Of a DNA stretch of 64,000 bases, positions 1 through 9,276 are shown one piece after another (position 1 is the stretch's first letter; the number at the start of each line of letters is the position of its first letter). The DNA is from Faecousia sp. (GTDB taxonomy: Bacteria; Bacillota; Clostridia; Oscillospirales; Oscillospiraceae): assembly GCA_045628065.1 (NCBI GenBank), contig JAZQOW010000054.1:20968-84967 (forward strand). Direction: 5' to 3'. The position numbers and the translations under genes are program-made. The notes under the pieces were generated by a model. The model saw only the letters and a list, made by a program, of their open reading frames with translations. It made no database searches and was not told the DNA's origin.

Positions 1-581
1 TGGAGGAAGATGACCTTGCCGCTGCCTTTCACGGCGTTCAGATACTGGTCGAAGGCATCAATATCCGCCTGAATGAAGGCTTCACCGCCGCCGCCGGCAC
101 CGGTGGTGCCCTGTGCGCCGATCGTATAGATTTCCATTTCGTCATCGGAATAGGCAAGGCCGGTGCGGTCGTAGCCGAAGATTTCCTTGAAGGCGGCTTC
201 CTTATCGCTTCTGCCGCCGAAGGTGCCGGTTTCCCAGTCGTGGTTGCCCATGGTGTAGACCTGAGCGGCATCGGGGAAGGCTTCCTTTTCGGTACCGGAG
301 ATGACGTCATAAACCTCGGTCTGCCAGTCGGGGATACCGCCCTTGTCATCTTCTACATAGTCACCGCCGTGGCCGATGACACGGGGCTCGAGCCCTTCGG
401 CCTTCAGTTCGCTGACCATCTGCTTGAGGCCGTCATATCCGCCGACACCGTTGTGCAGATCGGACATGAAGAGGGCGTCATAGACAGGCATATCTGCCGC
501 AACAATGGGGCCGGAAGGCAGAAGCGTCAGGATCAGCATTATTGCGAGCAGGGCAGAGAGCATTCTTTTTCTTTGCTTCAT
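1..581 (-). CDS. secreted metallophosphoesterase (calcineurin-like), C-terminal part cut by window edge
   Basis: Absent from the ORF track because it is open at the edge. My reverse-strand translation from ATG 581 reads MKQRKRMLSALLAIMLILTLLPSGPIVAADMPVYDALFMSDLHNG (signal peptide, then DxH motif). Further on it reads VYTMGNHD (GNHD motif). Confidence 0.75.
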   Translation of the reverse strand, partial: MKQRKRMLSALLAIMLILTLLPSGPIVAADMPVYDALFMSDLHNGVGGYDGLKQMVSELKAEGLEPRVIGHGGDYVEDDKGGIPDWQTEVYDVISGTEKEAFPDAAQVYTMGNHDWETGTFGGRSDKEAAFKEIFGYDRTGLAYSDDEMEIYTIGAQGTTGAGGGGEAFIQADIDAFDQYLNAVKGSGKVIFL

Positions 582-745
582 CTTTTTTGACTCCTTTTTC
601 TCTGTAAATCTCTGAAAGCACAATTTATCACGCATTTTTTATCCTGTCAATGGGTTGCCGGGAGGTTTTTTGATTTTGGTACCTTGCATGAATTGTCCTC
701 CTGTATTTTGGCAAATATCCACAAATGCCTGGCCGCAATAGCAAT

Positions 746-783
746 CCGCCCCGGAGGGCTGCCGAAGCAGCCCTCCGGGGCGG
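746..783 (-). terminator. hairpin terminator downstream of the symporter gene
   Basis: Perfect 17-bp stem CCGCCCCGGAGGGCTGC / GCAGCCCTCCGGGGCGG with a 4-nt loop, 18 nt after the stop at 801. The U-tract is weak. Confidence 0.6.
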
Positions 784-800
784 AGCAATGCAGATCATGA

Positions 801-2033
801 TTATGCTTTCTTCTGGAGCTTGCTCTGGAGCCAATCCTTGCCGTCTACGAAGCGGGAGACGATGAAGGAGGCAACATAGTCGCCTGCGGCGTTGACCATG
901 GTGGCAGGAGGATCGACCAAATTGCCAAGTGCGATGGCAATGGGGTAGGCGATGGCCAGCTGGTTGGGGAAGAAGATGGTGCAAAGAACCAGCTCGCCTA
1001 CGCCGCCGCCGCCGGGAATGCCGGACATGGCAACGGAGGAGAACACAGCCACGATGATGGCCAGAATGGCGCGGCCGGTGCCGAAGGGCTGACCGAAGAT
1101 GCCGAACAGGAAGGCAACCTTAATAATGGCAGACATGGCGGAGCCGTCCATATGCATGGTGGCGCCCAGCGGCAGGACGATACCGGAAACATCCTTGGAG
1201 ATGCCGGTCTGTTCTGCGACTTCCATGTTGGTGGGGATGGTTGCAACAGAGGAGCAGGTGCCGAAGGAAACGGCTGCCGGACGGAACAGGTGCTTGAACA
1301 TGACCTTTGCGCCGCCCTTGCCACCGCCGAAGCGGGCATAGATGGGGAAGAAAATGAACATGTAAACGAAGCACAGCACATAGTAGACGATCAGGGTGCG
1401 GCTGTAGTCGCCGATCAGCTCGGGGCCGTAGGTGGCGACCAGATAGGCAAAGAAGCCGAAGAAGCCGATGGGTGCGTAGTAGGTGATGAGCTTGACGATG
1501 TTCATCATGATGGTGGTGATTTCTTCGAGAAGCTTTGCAACCTTGGTCTCGGGGCCGCCGGCCATCTGGGTGCCGAAGCCGAAGAAGACAGCGGCAACGA
1601 TCAGAGGCAGCATGGCTCTGCGGGACCAGAGTTCCACGAAGTCGGGCTTGGTGAAGAAGTTGATGATCATATCGGCAACGCCGAGGGTCTCATCGACGGT
1701 GCCCTCCACCTGCTCGTAAGCGCCGGTGACAATGGGGATGATGCGGACAATGATGTACATCATGACTGCGGCAATGGCGGCAGTGACCATGAAGGTGGCG
1801 ATGGTAACACCCATGACCTTACCGGCGCGCTTGATGTTTTTCATGTTGGCGATGGCCGAGGAGATGGAGAAGAATACCATCGGCACAACGACACAGAACA
1901 TGAGGTTGATGAACAGCGTACCCAGCGGCTCAAGGCAGGTAGCCTCCGGCCACAGGGCGCCCGTGATGCAGCCGCCGATGATGGCGATCAGCATACACAG
2001 GATAAACCAGTAATTCTTCAGAACTTTTTTCAT
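801..2033 (-). CDS. dicarboxylate/amino acid:cation symporter (DAACS, GltP/SstT-like)
   Basis: 410-aa polytopic ORF. Serine-rich loop CSSVATIPTNM and ATMHMDGSAM (NMDGT-like) are typical of the DAACS family. Confidence 0.85.
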   Translation of the reverse strand: MKKVLKNYWFILCMLIAIIGGCITGALWPEATCLEPLGTLFINLMFCVVVPMVFFSISSAIANMKNIKRAGKVMGVTIATFMVTAAIAAVMMYIIVRIIPIVTGAYEQVEGTVDETLGVADMIINFFTKPDFVELWSRRAMLPLIVAAVFFGFGTQMAGGPETKVAKLLEEITTIMMNIVKLITYYAPIGFFGFFAYLVATYGPELIGDYSRTLIVYYVLCFVYMFIFFPIYARFGGGKGGAKVMFKHLFRPAAVSFGTCSSVATIPTNMEVAEQTGISKDVSGIVLPLGATMHMDGSAMSAIIKVAFLFGIFGQPFGTGRAILAIIVAVFSSVAMSGIPGGGGVGELVLCTIFFPNQLAIAYPIAIALGNLVDPPATMVNAAGDYVASFIVSRFVDGKDWLQSKLQKKA

Positions 2034-2057
2034 AATATCCTCCGTTTTCTTTCTTTA

Positions 2058-2906
2058 TTATAGCAGGGAAGCATCGAGCATATCGTCTGTCAGCTCACCC
2101 GTGCATACAAGATTGGTAGGCCCGGTCAGATAAAGATCCTTGATTTTTCCGTTTTCTCCTTCAATATCGATGATTAGCCGTCCGCCGGGGACGTCTACAA
2201 GCACATTTTTGCCAGAAACCAGTCCCTTTGTCCAGAGCACGGAAACGACACTCCCGGTGCCGGTGCCGCAGGCGTAGGTGAAATCCTCCACGCCGCGCTC
2301 AAAGGTCTTTTCCACAAGATGATCCGGCTCGATGATCTCATAGAAATTCATGTTCACGCCCTTGGGGAAGGTGGGATGATAGCGAAGCGCACGTCCCAGA
2401 GGCCGAAGCTCGTCGAAGCTCTTCTGTGCCAGATTCTTCATTTCCAGCACGCCGTGGGGAAGACCCGGATCGCCGAGCTCCACATAGGCGCAGGGATATG
2501 TCACGCCGTCCAGCTCCACCGGGAGATCGGGCATAAGTACACTGGGGTCGTTGAGACGGATGCGGTAATTGATCTTGTCGATCCGCACGCCGGTGACCAG
2601 ACCTGCTGTGGTTTCCACCCGCTGGTTTTCTCCGGACAGGCCGAATTCATAGGCATAGCGGCAGATACATCTGGCGCCGTTGCCGCACATCTCGCCGAGC
2701 GTGCCATCGGGATTGATGAAAACCATCTTGAAATCCGCATCGCCATCGGCCTTTTCCACTGCCATCATGCCGTCGGCGCCGATGGACAGATGCCGACGGC
2801 AGACCACCTGCGCGATCCGGCTCAGATCTTCATAAGCATAGCTTCCGTCCCGGTTGTCGAGAATGATAAAGTCGTTCCCGGCACCGTTCATTTTTACGAA
2901 TTTCAT
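2058..2906 (-). CDS. dapF: diaminopimelate epimerase
   Basis: 282 aa. N-terminus MKFVKMNGAGNDFIILD; catalytic Cys motifs CGNGARC and ACGTGTGS. Confidence 0.92.
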   Translation of the reverse strand: MKFVKMNGAGNDFIILDNRDGSYAYEDLSRIAQVVCRRHLSIGADGMMAVEKADGDADFKMVFINPDGTLGEMCGNGARCICRYAYEFGLSGENQRVETTAGLVTGVRIDKINYRIRLNDPSVLMPDLPVELDGVTYPCAYVELGDPGLPHGVLEMKNLAQKSFDELRPLGRALRYHPTFPKGVNMNFYEIIEPDHLVEKTFERGVEDFTYACGTGTGSVVSVLWTKGLVSGKNVLVDVPGGRLIIDIEGENGKIKDLYLTGPTNLVCTGELTDDMLDASLL

Positions 2907-2920
2907 CTCAAAAGCCTTTC

Positions 2921-4153
2921 TTAATTCTCAAACAGCAGATCCATCAGGCCGACGCCTGCTTCCATGAAGGGGCCCTTGAGGCCGTTGGCTTCGGTATAGG
3001 GCAGGCCGAGGCCGGTATCCTTGCGGCTGTCGTAGAGCATATAGGGGACGGGGTCGCCGTCGTGACCGCGGGTGGACATCAGGGTCTTGTGGTCAGAGAG
3101 CATCAGCAGGCGATATTCCATGCCCTTGTCCTCCAGCCAGTTGACAAGAGGCTGGACGACCAGATGATCCAGCTGCCAGATGGCGAGCATTTTTTCATCC
3201 AGACGGCCGTTATGGGTCGCTTCGTCGGGTGCTTCGATGTGCAGGCACAGGAAATCATCCTCAGAGGAGAGGCAGCGGAAGGCGGCTTCCAGCTTGCCCT
3301 CATAGTTGGTGTCCACCTCTCCGGTCGCACCTTCGATCTCAACGGGCTTCAGGCCGCACAGATTGCCGATGCCATGCACCAGAGGAACTGCACTGATGAC
3401 GCTGCCGTAGTGGCCGTAGCGCTCTTTAAAGTTGGGCAGCTGTACTGCCGTACCCTCAGCCCAGATCCAGATGCCGTTGGCGGGCAGCTTGCCTGCGGCG
3501 CGGCGCTCTTCGTTGATGGGATGATGCTCCAGCAGCTCATTGGCAAGCACCATGAGGCGGCGCAGTGCAAGGGCGTTCTCGCTGCCATGCACCACCAGAG
3601 GGCCGATGACCTCGCCCAGATGGTCGTGGGGAGGTGCCGCTACCAGACCTTCGGTATTGCCGCCGGTCTGCACTGCAATATGGCGGAAGGAGGGGGTCGG
3701 CTCAATACGCACGCCGCAGGCCTTCATGGCTTCGGCGAATTTGGGCTGCGCGATAAGCCAGCGGATGACGGCCATGGAGGTCTCGCCATCAATGGAACCG
3801 GCGTTGTGGGACAGAATGCGCTTTTCGTCAAAGGGCTTGTCGCCATCCTCAAGTGCGACCATGTTGCAGCGGTAGCTGATTTCGCCGGGATATACGGTCA
3901 GGCCGCAGCCGGCAGCCTCCAGCGGGCTTCTGCCGGTGAAATAGACATTGGGGTCGCAGCCGAAGATGGACAGAATCGCAGTATCGCTTCCGGGAGGCAG
4001 GGCGCGGGGGACATTCATGACCGAGCCGAGCTGGGATTTTGCTGCAAGTGCGTCAATAAACGGCTTATCCGCCGCCTCAAGCGGGGTTTTTCCACCCAGC
4101 TCTGCGACAGGGTTATCGGCCATGCCATCGCCGATGAGAAGAATATATTTCAT
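2921..4153 (-). CDS. ApgM-like cofactor-independent phosphoglycerate mutase homolog; likely non-canonical homoserine kinase
   Basis: The track ORF runs to 4177. I prefer ATG 4153 (MKYILLIGDGMADNP) because GAGG lies 7 nt upstream and it clears the thrC stop at 4168. The sequence has the look of archaeal-type iPGM homologs. The gene sits between thrC and dapF. Confidence 0.8.
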   Translation of the reverse strand: MKYILLIGDGMADNPVAELGGKTPLEAADKPFIDALAAKSQLGSVMNVPRALPPGSDTAILSIFGCDPNVYFTGRSPLEAAGCGLTVYPGEISYRCNMVALEDGDKPFDEKRILSHNAGSIDGETSMAVIRWLIAQPKFAEAMKACGVRIEPTPSFRHIAVQTGGNTEGLVAAPPHDHLGEVIGPLVVHGSENALALRRLMVLANELLEHHPINEERRAAGKLPANGIWIWAEGTAVQLPNFKERYGHYGSVISAVPLVHGIGNLCGLKPVEIEGATGEVDTNYEGKLEAAFRCLSSEDDFLCLHIEAPDEATHNGRLDEKMLAIWQLDHLVVQPLVNWLEDKGMEYRLLMLSDHKTLMSTRGHDGDPVPYMLYDSRKDTGLGLPYTEANGLKGPFMEAGVGLMDLLFEN

Positions 4154-4167
4154 AGGTTTACCTCTTT

Positions 4168-5655
4168 TCAGCTCCACTTGGGCTGTGCGATCTTGCTCAG
4201 AACGAAGTCCAGAATCTCATCCTTTTCGATTACGTTGCGGTGAAGGACGGGCTTTTCCTTAAGGCCTGCCAGATTGGCGGGAATGGGAACACCGGTCAGG
4301 GCGTGCAGCTGCTCCATGATCTCAAATTCGTCACCGGCAGGCTCTGCGCCGAGGGCATCGAGCACGGCCACGGGGAATTTGTAGGCCGAAGCAGTGGACA
4401 GCACCACAACAGGACGGCCGGAGGCTTCTTCGGCCAGATACTGGTCTGCTACATTCCATGCAACAGCGGTATGGGTATCGCAAAGATAGCCGTACTTGCT
4501 CCAGATCTCACCGATGGACTTTGCGGTTCCGGCATCGTCACAGCAGCCTGCCCAGAATTCTTCATGCAGGCGGGCGATCATTGCGTCATCGACCTGATAG
4601 CAGCCGTCAGCCTTGAGCTTGCCCATCCAGTCGGCGACCTGCGCAGCGTCACAGCCGCTCATGAGGAACAGCAGGCGCTCAAGGTTGCTCGATACCAGAA
4701 TATCCATGGAGGGGGATACGGTTTTATAGAAGGGGCGCTTGCGGTCATAGAAGCCGGTGCGGATAAAGTCCGTGAGCACATCATTGGCATTGGATGCGCA
4801 CACGAGTCTGCCCACGGGAAGACCCATATATTTTGCAAAGTAGCCTGCCAGAATATCACCGAAGTTGCCGGTAGGAACCACGAAATCGATCGGGTCACCG
4901 ACGGAAATCCGGCCCCACTTCACCAGATCGGCATAGGCTTTGAAATAGTATACCACCTGCGGAGCCAAACGTCCAATATTAATTGAATTTGCGGAAGAAA
5001 GTCTTGCGCCTTTTCCTGCAAGAAGGTCATCGGCATCCACTGCGGCGAAGGTGTTCTTCACGCCGGTCTGTGCATCATCGAAGTTGCCGTTGATGCCGCA
5101 AACACATACATTGCTGCCCGCCTGGGTCACCATCTGTGCTTTCTGCACAGCGGAAACGCCGTTCTCCGGGAAGAAAACAATAATCTTCGTGCCTTCGACA
5201 TCGTGGAAGCCCTCAAGCGCTGCCTTGCCGGTATCGCCGGAGGTAGCGGTGAGGATCACGATCTCATCCTCCATGCCCTCGCAGCCGCGTGCGGCAGTGA
5301 TGAGCTGGGGAAGCATGGACAGAGCCACATCCTTGAATGCCGATGTGGGGCCGCGGAAGAGCTCAAGCACATAGCGGTCACCGACAGGAACCAGCGGGGT
5401 CAGATCTTCTGTCTCAAATTTGCCGGTATAGGCACGGCGCACCAGCTCGCCCATGTCAGGATAATCCGGCAGCAGCGCGGAGAGGATCTGCTCGGCCATG
5501 CCCTGCGTATCCTTTTCAAGGCATGCGCGCCAGTCGAAATTCAGAGCCGCAAAGTCCTTCAGAATATAAAGCCCGCCATCGGGGGCAATTCCGCGAAGCA
5601 CCGCCGCAGTTGACACTGCGGTCAGCGCATTGTTCCTGGTGCTTTGGTAATACAT
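4168..5655 (-). CDS. thrC: threonine synthase
   Basis: The track ORF extends to 5715. ATG 5655 (MYYQSTRN) is preceded by a GGAGA RBS. PLP-lysine region PTSAFKDVAL; long-form ThrC. Confidence 0.9.
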   Translation of the reverse strand: MYYQSTRNNALTAVSTAAVLRGIAPDGGLYILKDFAALNFDWRACLEKDTQGMAEQILSALLPDYPDMGELVRRAYTGKFETEDLTPLVPVGDRYVLELFRGPTSAFKDVALSMLPQLITAARGCEGMEDEIVILTATSGDTGKAALEGFHDVEGTKIIVFFPENGVSAVQKAQMVTQAGSNVCVCGINGNFDDAQTGVKNTFAAVDADDLLAGKGARLSSANSINIGRLAPQVVYYFKAYADLVKWGRISVGDPIDFVVPTGNFGDILAGYFAKYMGLPVGRLVCASNANDVLTDFIRTGFYDRKRPFYKTVSPSMDILVSSNLERLLFLMSGCDAAQVADWMGKLKADGCYQVDDAMIARLHEEFWAGCCDDAGTAKSIGEIWSKYGYLCDTHTAVAWNVADQYLAEEASGRPVVVLSTASAYKFPVAVLDALGAEPAGDEFEIMEQLHALTGVPIPANLAGLKEKPVLHRNVIEKDEILDFVLSKIAQPKWS

Positions 5656-5677
5656 AAAAAAATCTCCAATCTTTTTC

Positions 5678-5706
5678 TTGCATTTTTCACAAACATATGA
5701 TATATT
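5678..5706 (+). promoter_or_regulatory. sigma70-like promoter for hom-lysC-asd
   Basis: TTGCAT (5678-5683), 17-nt spacer, TATATT (5701-5706). Lies about 75 nt upstream of hom. Confidence 0.5.
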
Positions 5707-5725
5707 GTTTTTCACAGAAAGTCAA
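5697..5725 (-). promoter_or_regulatory. sigma70-like promoter for thrC operon
   Basis: Reverse strand: TTGACT (5725-5720), 17-nt spacer, TATCAT (5702-5697). Its -10 box overlaps the -10 box of the hom promoter. Confidence 0.5.
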
Positions 5726-5783
5726 GTGTTTTTCCTTCATAAACACGTGACCGGACTACGAATACACAGAAGGGTGAGAATGA

Positions 5784-6917
5784 ATGAAAATTGCATTGCT
5801 GGGTTATGGAACCGTAGGCGGCGGCGTATACCGCATTATCGAAGCGCGAGAAGATCTGGAAGTGAAATATGTTCTGGACTTACGAACTTTTCCGGAGCTT
5901 GGAACGGCTCTGGTGCATGATTTTGATACCATTCTCAACGATCCGGAGGTCGAAACCGTGGCTGAGGCCATGGGCGGCCTGCATCCTGCCTATGAATTTG
6001 CCAGTGCCTGCCTGAAGGCGGGCAAGAATTATGTGACTGCCAATAAGCACCTCATCAGCCATTATTACCGCGAGCTGACCGCTCTGGCGAAGGAAAACGG
6101 TGTCTGCCTGCGGTGTACAGCTGCCGTCGGCGGCGGCATTCCGTGGCTGATCAATCTGGAGCGTGCGCGAAGAATTGATAAAATTACCAGCCTCCAGGGC
6201 ATTATGAACGGCACGACCAACTATATATTAGATACCATGCTCCATGAGCCGGTTCCCTTTGCCGATGTGCTGGCAAGAGCACAGGAACTGGGCTATGCAG
6301 AGGCCAATCCTGCCGCCGATATTGACGGTCTGGATATCCAGCGCAAGCTGATCATCTCTGCCAATGTGGCCTTTGACTGCCTGATGACCGAGCAGGACGT
6401 TCCCACCTTCGGTATCCGCTCTATCACCGACGGCGATATCGCCGCCTTCACCGAGGCAGGTCTTGTATGCAAGCTCGTAGCCTCCGCCATCCGCACCGGT
6501 CAGGGCGTCGCCGCCTGGATCGAGCCCACCCTGCTGCCTGCCAGAAATATGATGGCAGCCGTGCCCTCCAACTTTAACCTCATCACCTATGTGGGCGAAT
6601 ACGTCGGCGAGCAGAGCTACTACGGTCAGGGCGCAGGCCGATTCCCCACTGCCTGCAACATGGTGCAGGACTGCATCGACATTGCAGGCGGCATTCGCGG
6701 CTTCTACGGCAGCGCACAGGCGCCTGTCGAGCAGGGCAGCGTGAGCCATCCCTATTATGTCCGCACCAGCGTCAAGAGCCCGTGGCTGGAAGAGATCACC
6801 GACCGTGTTCTGGGCAGCGGCATCGTAACCAAACCTGTAAGCAATCTTCAAATGCACGCCTTTATGGCATCCATTCAGGAAGCTGATCCTGAAGCCTTCA
6901 TGGCCGGCATTCGATAA
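5784..6917 (+). CDS. hom: homoserine dehydrogenase
   Basis: 377 aa. MKIALLGYGTVGGGV dinucleotide fold and VTANKHL catalytic-domain motif. Confidence 0.9.
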   Translation: MKIALLGYGTVGGGVYRIIEAREDLEVKYVLDLRTFPELGTALVHDFDTILNDPEVETVAEAMGGLHPAYEFASACLKAGKNYVTANKHLISHYYRELTALAKENGVCLRCTAAVGGGIPWLINLERARRIDKITSLQGIMNGTTNYILDTMLHEPVPFADVLARAQELGYAEANPAADIDGLDIQRKLIISANVAFDCLMTEQDVPTFGIRSITDGDIAAFTEAGLVCKLVASAIRTGQGVAAWIEPTLLPARNMMAAVPSNFNLITYVGEYVGEQSYYGQGAGRFPTACNMVQDCIDIAGGIRGFYGSAQAPVEQGSVSHPYYVRTSVKSPWLEEITDRVLGSGIVTKPVSNLQMHAFMASIQEADPEAFMAGIR

Positions 6918-6937
6918 TAAAGGAGATCCAAACCAAT

Positions 6938-8254
6938 ATGCTGAAAGTTCTGAAATTCGGCGGCACCTCCATGGCAGATGCCAGCCAATACGCAAAAGTC
7001 AAGGCCATTGTAGATGCCGATCCCTCGCGCCGTGTCGTTGTCGTATCTGCCGCCGGTAAGCGGAATAAGGACGATCACAAAATCACCGACCTGCTCTACC
7101 TTTGCCACGCCCACCTGCAATACGGTGTCTCCTGCGACGGCGTATTCCAGATGATTTTCGACCGCTATGTCGGCATCCGCGATGCCCTGCAGCTGAATAC
7201 CGATATCGAGGGCGAAATGAAGAAGCTGCGCGAAAAGATGGAACGCGGCATCTCTCAGGATGAGCTGGTCTCCCGCGGTGAATACTTCTCCGCACTTCTG
7301 ATGGCGGACTATCTGGGCTTCGACTTTGTCGATGCCAAGCTGTGGCTGAAATTCCGCTTCGACGGCAGCGTCGATCAGGAAGCCAGCTATGAAGCCCTGC
7401 GCCATGCTGCGGAGAACCGCAGCGTGGTCATCCCCGGCTTCTACGGCATCATGCCTGACAACAAGATCAGGATTTTCTCCCGCGGCGGCAGCGATATCAC
7501 CGGCTCTCTGGCGGCAGCGGCATTGGATGCCGATGTATATGAGAACTGGACGGATGTTTCCGGCATTCTCATGGCCGACCCCCGCATTGTAGAAAATCCC
7601 CGCAACATTGAGCGGGTTACATATTCCGAACTGCGTGAGCTGAGCTATCTCGGCGCGCAGGTGCTCCACGAGCAGTCCATTTTCCCGGTGCGCGAGAAGA
7701 ATATTCCCCTGAATATCCGCAACACCAACAACCCCGAGCATCCCGGCACCCTGATCATGGATTCCTTTGACGATCATGACGATCCCAATCAGGAGGATTT
7801 CATCACCGGTATCGCGGGCAGAAAGAATTATTCCGTGATCACCATTTCCAAGCATGGCATGTCCTCCGAGGTGGGCGCATGGCGGAAAATCATGGAAATC
7901 ATTGAGTCGCACAATCTTTGCGTAGAATATGCCCCTTCGGGTATCGACAATATCTCACTGGTCATCTCCACTGACAAGCTGACCCCGTGCCTCTACTCCA
8001 TCCTCAATGAGCTGGAGAAGACCATGCATCCGGACAGCATCAAGGTCACAGATAAGATTTCCATTCTGGCAGCCGTCGGCAGAAAGATGGCCTATCGCAC
8101 CGGTGTATCCGGCAAGATCTTCGCCAAGCTCGGCAAGAACGGCATCAATGTCCGCATCATCACGCAGGGTCCGGAGGAGCTGAATATTATCGTAGGCGTT
8201 GACAATAAAGACTTTTCCAACGCCATCCGTGTACTCTATAATAGTTTCGTTTAA
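6938..8254 (+). CDS. lysC: aspartate kinase
   Basis: 438 aa. KFGGTSM N-terminus, SRGGSDITG, and a C-terminal ACT-like regulatory region. Confidence 0.9.
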   Translation: MLKVLKFGGTSMADASQYAKVKAIVDADPSRRVVVVSAAGKRNKDDHKITDLLYLCHAHLQYGVSCDGVFQMIFDRYVGIRDALQLNTDIEGEMKKLREKMERGISQDELVSRGEYFSALLMADYLGFDFVDAKLWLKFRFDGSVDQEASYEALRHAAENRSVVIPGFYGIMPDNKIRIFSRGGSDITGSLAAAALDADVYENWTDVSGILMADPRIVENPRNIERVTYSELRELSYLGAQVLHEQSIFPVREKNIPLNIRNTNNPEHPGTLIMDSFDDHDDPNQEDFITGIAGRKNYSVITISKHGMSSEVGAWRKIMEIIESHNLCVEYAPSGIDNISLVISTDKLTPCLYSILNELEKTMHPDSIKVTDKISILAAVGRKMAYRTGVSGKIFAKLGKNGINVRIITQGPEELNIIVGVDNKDFSNAIRVLYNSFV

Positions 8255-8269
8255 TAGGAGGATTATGAT

Positions 8270-9274
8270 ATGAAGAAGTATAAGGTTGCTATTCTGGGCG
8301 CTACCGGCGCCGTCGGCAGAGAAATGATGAAGATTCTGGAAGAGCGAAACTTCCCCCTCGAAGAGCTGCATCTTCTGGCAAGCTCCCGCAGTGCGGGCAA
8401 GAAGCTCCCCTTCGCAGGTAAGGAAATCGAAGTCGAGCTGGCATGCGATGAAGCCTTCCAGGGCATGGACATCGTGCTGGGCGCAGCAGAGAACAAGATC
8501 GCAAAGCAGTTTGCTCCTGCCATTGTGGCAGCAGGCGCTGTATTTGTCGATAACTCCTCCGCCTTCCGTATGGACCCCAATGTTCCCCTGATCGTGCCTG
8601 AGGTCAATCCGCAGGATGTCGAATGGCACAAGGGCATCATCTCCAATCCTAACTGCTCCACAATCATCACCGTTACCGCAGTTAATGCGCTCAATGCCAT
8701 TGCCCCCATCCGCACCATGACCGCCTCCACCTATCAGGCAGTCTCCGGCGCCGGTGCAGGCGGCCCCATTGAGCTGATGAATCAGGTCGAAGCCCTGCGT
8801 GAGGGAAAACCCGTGGAAGCGAAGGTCTTCTCCCATCAGATCGCCTTTAACCTGATCCCCCAGATCGGCTCCGAGAGCTGCGAAGGCTACACCACCGAGG
8901 AAATGAAGATGCAGAACGAAGGCCGCAAGATCATGCACCTGCCCGAGCTGCTGGTTTCCTGCACCTGTGTCCGTGTTCCCGTCGTGCGCAGCCATTCCAT
9001 CTCCGTCAGCCTGCACTTCGATCGCCCGGTTTCTGTTGAAGAGGCCAGAGAAGTTATTGCCAAGGCTCCCGGCTGCCTGCTGGTCGATGAGCTTTCCGCA
9101 GGCCGCTATCCGATGCCGCTGGAGACCTCCGATCAGGATATCGTCTTTGTCGGGCGCATCCGCCCCGACCTCACCGATCCTAATGGTCTGGTGCTGTGGT
9201 GCTGCGGCGACCAGGTCCGCAAGGGCGCTGCCACCAATACCGTTCAGATCGCAGAGCTTCTGCTCGAGAAGTAA
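8270..9274 (+). CDS. asd: aspartate-semialdehyde dehydrogenase
   Basis: 334 aa. ILGATGAVG and the active-site region SNPNCSTI. Confidence 0.92.
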   Translation: MKKYKVAILGATGAVGREMMKILEERNFPLEELHLLASSRSAGKKLPFAGKEIEVELACDEAFQGMDIVLGAAENKIAKQFAPAIVAAGAVFVDNSSAFRMDPNVPLIVPEVNPQDVEWHKGIISNPNCSTIITVTAVNALNAIAPIRTMTASTYQAVSGAGAGGPIELMNQVEALREGKPVEAKVFSHQIAFNLIPQIGSESCEGYTTEEMKMQNEGRKIMHLPELLVSCTCVRVPVVRSHSISVSLHFDRPVSVEEAREVIAKAPGCLLVDELSAGRYPMPLETSDQDIVFVGRIRPDLTDPNGLVLWCCGDQVRKGAATNTVQIAELLLEK

Positions 9275-9276
9275 GC

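Noticed and set aside
1152-2063. 303-aa ORF on the + strand
   Set aside because: It is the antisense shadow of the DAACS symporter gene. The same reasoning applies to 3062-4243, 6228-6995, 6875-7912, 7955-9016, 13277-14716, 15342-16253, 16322-17248, 18151-19593, 19763-20620, 22220-23260, 26722-28011, 38636-40078, 43230-44507, 46303-47406, 48472-49674, 50915-51847, 54233-55093, 59755-60708 and 60978-61637.
5656-5783. Lysine riboswitch, T-box or leader peptide controlling thrC or hom-lysC-asd
   Set aside because: The 128-bp divergent region is filled by two overlapping promoters and short leaders. No structured element or Thr/Ile-rich leader ORF was seen.
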